Notes under the pieces: generated by a model
What the model was told of the DNA's origin: nothing
The model's database searches: none
The model's input: only the letters and a program-made list of their open reading frames with translations
Shown: positions 36,575 to 44,198 of the stretch, in pieces
Position numbering within the stretch: position 1 is the first letter of the stretch
Layout: every line of letters begins with the position of its first letter
Program-made: the position numbers and the translations under genes
DNA from: an uncultured Clostridiaceae bacterium
GTDB lineage: Bacteria > Bacillota > UBA994 > PWPR01
DNA length: 49,334 bases
NCBI GenBank assembly: GCA_964625175.1
Contig: CAZVAO010000002.1
Coordinates: 1-49,334, forward strand
Direction: 5' to 3'

Positions 36575-37750
36575 CTATTCGTTCTTATAAACCGATTTAC
36601 CTGCAATAAAGACTTCTTCAACATTCGTGAAGTTACTCAGTGGATGACCATCATAAATCACCAAGTCTGCTTCTTTCCCAGCTGCGATACTACCAATACG
36701 ATCTTGCATGCCCATCAACTCAGCTGGATAAATTGTGATTGCTTTAAAAGCGTCTTCCTCATCCATGCCATATCGCATAGCAAGCCCCGCATTCATTGCT
36801 AGATATTTGGTGTGGGAGGATGGCGAAACAGCATCCATTGTGATAATTACTTTAGCACCTGCTTTGGCTAATACGCCCGGCGTGGAAAGACGCACATCCC
36901 AAATCTCTTGCTTATAAGGGCCGATAATCAAGGGCCCGATTAGACAGAAACAGCCCTTTTCAGCCAGAATATCTGCAACATGATACCCTTCAGTACAATG
37001 CTCGATGGAATAGTCAAGGTCAAATTCTTCTGCAATGCGAATCGCTGTTATTATATCATCCGCACGATGCGCGTGGATTTTAGCCATATACTCTTTAGTT
37101 AGAACTTTGGCAAGCTCTTCCATACCGAGATCTCGCTCAATTGGCTTTCCTTCTGCCTCAGCATGCTTGCATTTACGCAAATAATCCTGAGCCTTCATGA
37201 GTGCTTGGCGCATTACTGCCGCATTACCCATTCGAGTCATTGGAGCCATCTTGCGGGATCCATAGGCGTTTTTAGGATTTTCACCTAAAGCAAATTTCAT
37301 AGCACCGCGCGAAGGTGTCACCATATCATAAACAGTTGTTCCATATGTTTTAATAGCAAACCAAGTGCCCCCTACAACATTGCCACTGCCAGGGCCCGTA
37401 TAGACAGTCGTCACACCACCAGCCAAAGATAATGGTATAGCTGGATCCTGTGGATTAAATGAATCGAGGCCACGCACCTCTGGGGTAACAGGGTGACTCA
37501 TTTCATTGCCATCGGCAGTTGCTGGTACCTTGACTTCACCGAAAATTCCAATGTGAGCATGCGCATCGATGAGTCCTGGTGTAATCTCTTTGCCACTAGC
37601 ATCGATAATCTCATAACCCGCTGGAACCTCCATCGTGCGATCGCCGACCGCCTCAATCAAGCCATCTTTTACTAAAATAATACCGTTTTCAATATCACCC
37701 ATGGTAATGGTGCGTACTTTTGCACCGACTATTGCTAACATATTAACCAT
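36575..37750 (-). CDS. metal-dependent amidohydrolase (COG1228-like), paralog A
   Basis: 391 aa with amidohydrolase-superfamily motifs: PGLIDAHAHIG (HxH), a later HAH, and an EH/D near the C-terminal half. The real start may be the second ATG at 37741 (MLAIVGAK). Confidence 0.85.
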   Translation of the reverse strand: MVNMLAIVGAKVRTITMGDIENGIILVKDGLIEAVGDRTMEVPAGYEIIDASGKEITPGLIDAHAHIGIFGEVKVPATADGNEMSHPVTPEVRGLDSFNPQDPAIPLSLAGGVTTVYTGPGSGNVVGGTWFAIKTYGTTVYDMVTPSRGAMKFALGENPKNAYGSRKMAPMTRMGNAAVMRQALMKAQDYLRKCKHAEAEGKPIERDLGMEELAKVLTKEYMAKIHAHRADDIITAIRIAEEFDLDYSIEHCTEGYHVADILAEKGCFCLIGPLIIGPYKQEIWDVRLSTPGVLAKAGAKVIITMDAVSPSSHTKYLAMNAGLAMRYGMDEEDAFKAITIYPAELMGMQDRIGSIAAGKEADLVIYDGHPLSNFTNVEEVFIAGKSVYKNE

Positions 37751-37936
37751 CCCTTTCTCTAAATCGTTTACCTCTTACTATTCCATAGCAACCAACAGAT
37801 TCCTTGTTACAAATGAATTATATTAGTAACTCACTTAATCCTTCTAATGCTTATACTGATATGCAACCTTTTGAGTCCTCCATCCTGGAGATTATATATA
37901 ACTGAATCTACCAAGACCTCGCGTTGAATGAACACC

Positions 37937-38035
37937 CTGACCACTAGTACCTGTCCCTTTTGGTACACAACTGACCACTAGGGCCTGTCCCTTTTGGTAC
38001 ACAACTGACCAAAAGGGACAGACCCCAATGGTCAG
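37937..38035. repeat. 34-bp tandem repeat (2 copies, 32 of 34 identical) ending in a 14-bp-stem hairpin
   Basis: ctgaccactagtacctgtcccttttggtacacaa at 37937-37970 and ctgaccactagggcctgtcccttttggtacacaa at 37971-38004. Then ctgaccaaaagggacag..., where ACCAAAAGGGACAG pairs with CTGTCCCTTTTGGT. Confidence 0.9.
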
Positions 38036-38054
38036 AGAGACACACTTACGGTTA

Positions 38055-39233
38055 TTATAAGACCTTATAAACCGACTTTCCAGCGATAAACACTTCTTTG
38101 ACATTGGTGAAATTACTCAGCGGATGACCATCATATATGACTATATCCGCCTCCTTGCCGGGCTCAATACTGCCGAGGCGGTCAGCGATGCCCATTAATT
38201 CTGCTGGATTAAGAGTAATCGCACGTAAAGCCTCTTCTTCATCCATCCCATATCGCACGGCTAGACCAGCATTCAGCGCCAGATATTTGGTGTTGGATGA
38301 AGCGGGTGAAGCACCATCCATCGTGATAATCACTTTCACACCAGCTCTGCTCAGGATTCCCGGGGTCTCCAACTTCAAGCCCCACACTTCCTGCTTGGTC
38401 GGTGCCATCTGTAGTGGGCCGATTAGGCAGAAACAGCCCTTTTCAGCCAAAATATCGGCAATGATATAACCTTCTGTGCAGTGCTCAATCGAGTAATCCA
38501 ATCCAAACTCCTCAGAAATGCGAATAGCGGTCATAATATCATCGGCACGATGCGCGTGAATTTTAGCCACATATTCCCTCGTAAGCACCTTGGCCAATTC
38601 TTCTAAACCCAAGTCACGCTCAAACAGAAGCCTTTTTGCTTCGGCATGTGCACGTTTTCCAAGATAGTCCTGCGCGCTCATTAGTGCTTTGCGCATGATT
38701 GCTGCGGCCCCCATGCGGGTTTTCGGCTTCTGCGCAGCAAGACTATAATGGTTTTTGGTATTCTCTCCTAAAGCAAATTTCATCGCACCGCGCGAAGGCG
38801 TAACAAAATCGCAAGCCGTTTGACCATCCGTTTTGATGGCAAACCAAGTTCCACCAACCACATTGACTCCGCCCGGACCCGTATATACAGTCGTCACACC
38901 ACCTTGTAAGGACAGTGGAATTGCCGGATCATCTGGATTGAAGGAGTCGAGTCCGCGAATCTCAGGTGTGACTGGATGAATCATCTCATTACCATCCGCC
39001 GTCGCTGGCACACCCACCTCACCAAAAATACCAATATGAGAGTGGGCATCAATCAAACCAGGTGTAATCTCACCGCCAGTAGCATCCACAATTCCACACC
39101 CAACTGGAATTTCAAGGGTATGATCACCAACTGCTTCAATTAAGCCATCTCGAATAATAATAACACCGCGATCAATATTTCCCATGCTAATCGTATGTAT
39201 TTTCGCTCCGATTATTGCTAACATTACGTTCAT
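38055..39233 (-). CDS. metal-dependent amidohydrolase (COG1228-like), paralog B
   Basis: 392 aa, collinear with paralog A. By eye, roughly 70-75% identical (PGLIDAHSHIG etc.). The alternative start at 39224 (MLAIIGAK) mirrors paralog A. Confidence 0.85.
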   Translation of the reverse strand: MNVMLAIIGAKIHTISMGNIDRGVIIIRDGLIEAVGDHTLEIPVGCGIVDATGGEITPGLIDAHSHIGIFGEVGVPATADGNEMIHPVTPEIRGLDSFNPDDPAIPLSLQGGVTTVYTGPGGVNVVGGTWFAIKTDGQTACDFVTPSRGAMKFALGENTKNHYSLAAQKPKTRMGAAAIMRKALMSAQDYLGKRAHAEAKRLLFERDLGLEELAKVLTREYVAKIHAHRADDIMTAIRISEEFGLDYSIEHCTEGYIIADILAEKGCFCLIGPLQMAPTKQEVWGLKLETPGILSRAGVKVIITMDGASPASSNTKYLALNAGLAVRYGMDEEEALRAITLNPAELMGIADRLGSIEPGKEADIVIYDGHPLSNFTNVKEVFIAGKSVYKVL

Positions 39234-39565
39234 TCCTTTCAGCCAACCATTCTTTTCTTATATTCCAGAGAAACAGGAGTTTTCCTTTGTAAAAAATAAA
39301 AGAGTGTGCCGTTTAGACATATTGATCACAAGTGACACGCCCCCATTCGATTATTGGCAATACGTTCACGACCTGTACGATTCGTGTGCAAATAATTGTG
39401 ATCTGATGTCTCATTGCTATTCAATATTTCCTCTAGAGCCTAACTCCCAGTTTGATTGTCTTACATGAGCGGAAGTGCTATGATGAATGATAGAGAACCG
39501 AACGAACAACTAAACAATCATACCCTATCCCCACCCGATCAATCATGTAAGAGAGGAAGCTCACA

Positions 39566-40069
39566 ATGTCAAAATACGAAACGCCAGACTATGCTGTAAT
39601 TATCAGTGAAGCAGAATTTGAGATTCGAGAGTATACTGACTTTTATATAGTGGAATACGATAATGATCAAGACCCCAGAATTAACCAAGGCTTTGGTACT
39701 TTGTTTTCTTATATCTCCGACAATAATAAAGTAAAACAAAAGCTATCAATGACTGTGCCAGTCATTGAAGAAATCAGTGGCGATAAGAAGAAAATGGCTT
39801 TTGTCATCTCTGCTAAGTATCGCGATAATGTTCCAGAACCCAATGACAATAATCTTAAAATCAAGAAATTTAACGAAGGAAAGTTTGCTGTCATCAAATA
39901 CAGTGGTTTCTCTAACGAAAAAACAGAAGAAATAATGAAGACTAAATTAAGTGCTTGGTTAATGCAAAAAGGCTATATCATAGACTCAAATTATATGCTT
40001 GCTTTTTACAACGCACCTTTTACACTGCCAATGTTCAGACGCAATGAAATTATGGTTCGTGTGAAGTAG
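39566..40069 (+). CDS. SOUL/HBP-family heme-binding-like protein
   Basis: 167 aa. The YETPDY..I......FEIREY N-terminus and overall size fit the SOUL family. GAGAGGAAG RBS. Confidence 0.7.
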   Translation: MSKYETPDYAVIISEAEFEIREYTDFYIVEYDNDQDPRINQGFGTLFSYISDNNKVKQKLSMTVPVIEEISGDKKKMAFVISAKYRDNVPEPNDNNLKIKKFNEGKFAVIKYSGFSNEKTEEIMKTKLSAWLMQKGYIIDSNYMLAFYNAPFTLPMFRRNEIMVRVK

Positions 40070-40131
40070 CATCCCTATACATTCCCATTTTAATTTAAAA
40101 TATCCTCTTTGCTCACCTAACCAGAATAGTA

Positions 40132-40161
40132 GTAAAACCACTTCTTGCGAAGTGGTTTTAC
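40132..40161. terminator. perfect 13-bp-stem hairpin between convergent genes
   Basis: GTAAAACCACTTC, loop ttgc, GAAGTGGTTTTAC. The T-rich part lies inside the stem and there is no long external T-run. Confidence 0.55.
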
Positions 40162-40172
40162 TAATTGATTAT

Positions 40173-41615
40173 TTATTTCGTTGGATTTCCACCGGTCATG
40201 AAGGTATACATATCGTCAGTAACCTCTTGAATGTTCTCTTCTCCAAGGTAGGCCATATGTCCAGCTTTATAACCCTTGACAAAAACTCGATCCATATCCA
40301 AATCTGAATGGTCTAAAGTGTAATACAAAATTCCGATTTGAGTACAGATATCGTACCAGCCATTGACAAAGAAGGTGCGCATAGTGGGTGTGCGGCGCAT
40401 AGCTGAACTCAAACTTTCAGACGTGTTCTGACCTTTAATATCATTATTCCAACTTGCCCATAACGAATGCGAATTAACAAAGTTGCGGTCCCAATCTTTT
40501 ATGCCAAGCAGTGGGAAAACTTCACCACAGAGTACCGATTGGAAGAAGGCGTTATACTTACCTACAGCTCCATCATCACGAGGTCCCCATTTTTCTTCAC
40601 TCAGACCAGATGCGTGTAAGGGTCGGGTTAAACGTCCGTCTAGACGGGAGACGGCTCGACCTTTATTTCGTGCCACCTGACTGCGAGACTCAACGCTTTC
40701 CAAGAACAAGGAACGTTTTTCCAAATATTCGCGAGAAACACCAGTATAGTAGATGACGCGCTCGATAATATGTTCGCGATCATCTCCAACTAAGGTTTTC
40801 CCTTTGTATAAAGCTAAAAGATACTCTGTATCAGCAAACTGTTTCGCCTCGGCCACAAATTCCTCGACCGTCTGATCCGCTGGTTTATTGTGATACCAAT
40901 TGACCGCCGCAAAAGTTGGAAATGCGAGAACAGCTGGATAAATTTCCGACTTATCACCAAAGTGAGTGCCTAAAGTTACGGTGTTACCAACCATAATTAT
41001 ACCATCAAAAGTCACGCTATAGGCACGATCCGAACCAGTGGAAGAACCCATACCAGCAACTGTAGAGGCACGCGTACATCCATAGCTCTCGCCCATCATG
41101 TACTTTGGACTCTGCCAACGATTGTATCGAGCAAGCCACATTTGAATAAAGGTTAGGATTGATTCAGCGTCTGGTTCAATCCCGAAAAAGAGGTCCTTTT
41201 TGGTTTCATCGAGCAAACGACCAAAACCAGTTCCAACTGGATCAATTAATACTAGATCAGCGATATCAAGCAGACACTGGGCATTATCCGTAGACTCATA
41301 AGGTGGTAACGGAATCGGATCACCGTCTACCTCATCTGCATATTTAACGCGCTTTGTTCCTAAGAAACCAACGTGCACCATCATGGAAGAAGTGCCCGGT
41401 CCACCGTTGAAGCCAAATAACACAGGCCGATTTTTAACATCTTCCACATCTGAGCGGAAGTAGGAGTAAGAAAAAATCGAGGCAATTGCTTTTCCATCAT
41501 CATCATAAAAAACATTGTCCTCACTCACAGTATGATAAGGAATCTCCTTACCTCGTAAAGTGATGCTGCCTTCCCCAGTAAAGCGGGAAGGTGTAAAAAT
41601 ATCAGTTTTTAACAT
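40173..41615 (-). CDS. S10-family serine carboxypeptidase-like protein
   Basis: 480 aa. Motifs FNGGPGTSS and the catalytic-Ser motif GESYG; late D and H present (GHMAY). GAGGAGGG RBS. No signal peptide seen. Confidence 0.75.
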   Translation of the reverse strand: MLKTDIFTPSRFTGEGSITLRGKEIPYHTVSEDNVFYDDDGKAIASIFSYSYFRSDVEDVKNRPVLFGFNGGPGTSSMMVHVGFLGTKRVKYADEVDGDPIPLPPYESTDNAQCLLDIADLVLIDPVGTGFGRLLDETKKDLFFGIEPDAESILTFIQMWLARYNRWQSPKYMMGESYGCTRASTVAGMGSSTGSDRAYSVTFDGIIMVGNTVTLGTHFGDKSEIYPAVLAFPTFAAVNWYHNKPADQTVEEFVAEAKQFADTEYLLALYKGKTLVGDDREHIIERVIYYTGVSREYLEKRSLFLESVESRSQVARNKGRAVSRLDGRLTRPLHASGLSEEKWGPRDDGAVGKYNAFFQSVLCGEVFPLLGIKDWDRNFVNSHSLWASWNNDIKGQNTSESLSSAMRRTPTMRTFFVNGWYDICTQIGILYYTLDHSDLDMDRVFVKGYKAGHMAYLGEENIQEVTDDMYTFMTGGNPTK

Positions 41616-41835
41616 AAATATTCCCTCCTCGTAATATATGATATAGATTATACACCTTCACTATTGTAACACAGATTCACACCACAGCAAATCGCTAAGA
41701 CATAGCAAAAATCCCAAAAAAATGTCTGACCAAGTGCTCGAATCGGCTTAAAGCTTATTTGAATTATATCTAATGCTATTTTGAGTTACGATTAGATACT
41801 GTGTTGCATTGATACTAGTAAGTTTAGGTGTAATT

Positions 41836-42435
41836 ATGATTTCAAAATCAATATTGAATGCAAATGTAAGCACTCAAATCGGGAGTAGAGAATCCAAAGC
41901 ATTAAGAAAAAACAATATGATACCGGCTATATTATATGGGAAACACATCGATAATCAGGCTTTAGAACTTGACAAAGTTGAGGTAATTAAACACTTGAAG
42001 GCTAATAGTATTGAATCGAGTGTATATCTTCAAATCATTAAAGTAGAAGTACTTGCTATCGTAAAAGATTTTCAACGGGATTTAATGACCCGTCAACCGA
42101 TCCACATCGATTTTCAGGCCTTAACGATATGTGTGAACATTAAAGAAAATTTTCCAATTCATTATTTAGGCAACACGAATTTGAGAGATGGATTAATCTT
42201 GCAAACGTTCTTGGACCATTTTGAAAGCCAAACAATACCTAAGTACTTAATTGACAAAGCTGAAATTGACCTAAGTGATGCAGAACTTGGCGATACTGTC
42301 CATATTAAGGACTTGCCACTTGTACAGGATGAACATATCGAAATCCTGACAGATGCAACCCTTGCTGTCTATGCTATCGCCGAATCTAACCGCTTTATTG
42401 CAGTAGATGAACCTGTAGTTATTCCTGAGCAGTAA
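41836..42435 (+). CDS. rplY: ribosomal protein bL25 / general stress protein Ctc form
   Basis: ORF 41809..42435 starts at a TTG. A TAGGTG RBS favours the ATG at 41836. Motifs SKALRKNNMIPAILYGK and ...PIHIDFQAL, plus a Ctc-type C-terminal domain. Confidence 0.75.
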   Translation: MISKSILNANVSTQIGSRESKALRKNNMIPAILYGKHIDNQALELDKVEVIKHLKANSIESSVYLQIIKVEVLAIVKDFQRDLMTRQPIHIDFQALTICVNIKENFPIHYLGNTNLRDGLILQTFLDHFESQTIPKYLIDKAEIDLSDAELGDTVHIKDLPLVQDEHIEILTDATLAVYAIAESNRFIAVDEPVVIPEQ

Positions 42436-42460
42436 TCGATTACCCGTTTCTTAAAAAATA

Positions 42461-42496
42461 GTGAGCGCACTAGAATTCTAGTGTGCTCGCTTTTTA
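42461..42496 (+). terminator. intrinsic terminator after the L25/Ctc gene
   Basis: GTGAGCGCACTAGAA paired with TTCTAGTGTGCTCGC (two G-U pairs), followed by TTTTT. Confidence 0.75.
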
Positions 42497-42734
42497 TATA
42501 TAGGTCAATTCAAAAATTCATACAACATTAGCAAGAGCCGAACTCGTTGTTGGTAGGCAGTTTTTATTGAAAACTAAATGAACTTTTTCTACCAAGGGGT
42601 CTTGTGGAACTAGATTATCATTTGGTGAGTATCCGGATATCATCATTGGCACGCACACGGAAATATTAAAGATCTTTTAACAAGTAAGAAAAGAGCTTAT
42701 CGATTAAATCCTTCATAATTCCAATTCCATAGCA

Positions 42735-43856
42735 CTAGGCTTGCTTGTTTTCTTCAGAGAGCTCTTTCTCCTTTGTTATATCAATTGCTGCTACATAGAT
42801 TCCTGTTACGTTACCGTGAAAATCTACGGCTCTACTGTAAATACTCAAAAACCATCTGGGACCCTTGGGTAACTGGATAAGCGTCTCGTATCTTTTAGAT
42901 TCTTGTGACATTAATGTTTCATTAATATGCTTCAAAGTCAAATCAGCATTTTTCTTTTTACCAACATCAAAAACTGATTTGCCTATAAAATCGCTTGGTA
43001 TCCCGCCCAAATCGCAAGCTGCTTTCCTGTTTAGGGATAAAATTCTTCCATCAAGACTGTAATAGGCTATGTCAATATCCGGGTTTTCAAATAAAGATCG
43101 GTATTTTCTTTCACTCACCACCAAAGTCTCTTGTGTTTTTCTAATATCTGTAATATCATTTCCGACACTGATGATAAGGTCTACTTCTCCCAACTCATTT
43201 TTTATTATACTATTATGCCAGGAAATCTGTCGATAGCCATAATCCTTTGTCAAAATTCTATTCTCAAAATGCTCAGCTTTCTCAATATTGCCTGAATCTA
43301 CCGTCGTATAGTAGGCATCAATAACTCTTTCCAGATCATCTGGATAAACAAAATTAACAAACCAATCTTTGCCTAAAATATCCTCTTTTGAATATCCTAA
43401 TAATTCACATCCTTTATTATTAATATCCTGAACAAGACCATGCGTATCAAGCGTAAGAAAAATAACATTCGCTAATTCAAAATAGCGTTTTTTACTCTGT
43501 TGGTCTTTTTCGATCTTTATTCGGTCAGTAACATCTTGAAACCAGCTGGCAAACTTGTTTTCATCAATAGCAAATACATGGCAATTAAGTACTCGGGCAT
43601 CTCCAGACTTTGTTCTGACATTAATAATGTAATCATACGGTACCAGCTGCTTCATACGGTTAAATTTTTCAAATACCAACGCACGATTTTTATTACAAAT
43701 AAGGTCCATGAAATTCATCCAGAGCAATTCTTTTTCACTATATCCTAATAGGTTACAGGCCACTGAATTCGCAGCTAAGTAATCGCCTTTCTCATCAATT
43801 ATTGTAATGCCTGCGGGGAAATTGTTATAAATTGCTTTGTATACATTCGGTTTCAT
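42735..43856 (-). CDS. stand-alone triple-PAS-domain protein (no output domain)
   Basis: ORF 42735..43862 starts at a TTG. An AAAGGG RBS favours the ATG at 43856. Three roughly 120-aa PAS-like modules, each ending in D(I/V)T..K/R. No kinase, GGDEF, HTH or other effector domain. Confidence 0.75.
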   Translation of the reverse strand: MKPNVYKAIYNNFPAGITIIDEKGDYLAANSVACNLLGYSEKELLWMNFMDLICNKNRALVFEKFNRMKQLVPYDYIINVRTKSGDARVLNCHVFAIDENKFASWFQDVTDRIKIEKDQQSKKRYFELANVIFLTLDTHGLVQDINNKGCELLGYSKEDILGKDWFVNFVYPDDLERVIDAYYTTVDSGNIEKAEHFENRILTKDYGYRQISWHNSIIKNELGEVDLIISVGNDITDIRKTQETLVVSERKYRSLFENPDIDIAYYSLDGRILSLNRKAACDLGGIPSDFIGKSVFDVGKKKNADLTLKHINETLMSQESKRYETLIQLPKGPRWFLSIYSRAVDFHGNVTGIYVAAIDITKEKELSEENKQA

Positions 43857-44198
43857 ACTCAATACCCTTTCATTAACATAAATAGCATATGATTTGACAG
43901 ATAGTAATTTATATTAGCTTTAGATTCTATACAGGTAGCTCTGTTGATTTTATCACAAGTTTTTAGTTAATTCTAGATGAAGCAGTTTTTATACTAAATA
44001 TGAAAAGATAGCAAGAAAGGGTTCTTTAAAAATATCTATCACTCTATTTGCTTACTACACCAAGGAAAACACGTCTATGAGAATCGTTTTCTGTTAATAA
44101 TAAAGTGATCGTCCGGTACATGGCTATGCAATTGCTCAAGAGTCTGAATGTACACTCTGAGATTCTTGAAAAATGGGTCAACAGCTTTATATTCTCAG

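Noticed and set aside
37892-38104. The 70-aa ORF on the minus strand between the two amidohydrolase genes
   Set aside because: It is almost entirely a translation of the 34-bp tandem repeat/hairpin (repetitive ...KGQALVVS...KGTGTSGQ... peptide). It overlaps the 3' end of paralog B and has no RBS.
39234-39565. The 332-bp gap upstream of the SOUL gene, and ORF 39184..39468, as a possible small gene or RNA
   Set aside because: The 94-aa ORF starts inside the amidohydrolase B gene on the opposite strand and has no RBS. The gap is better explained as a divergent promoter region plus a CTAAC-type repeat block at 39494-39525.
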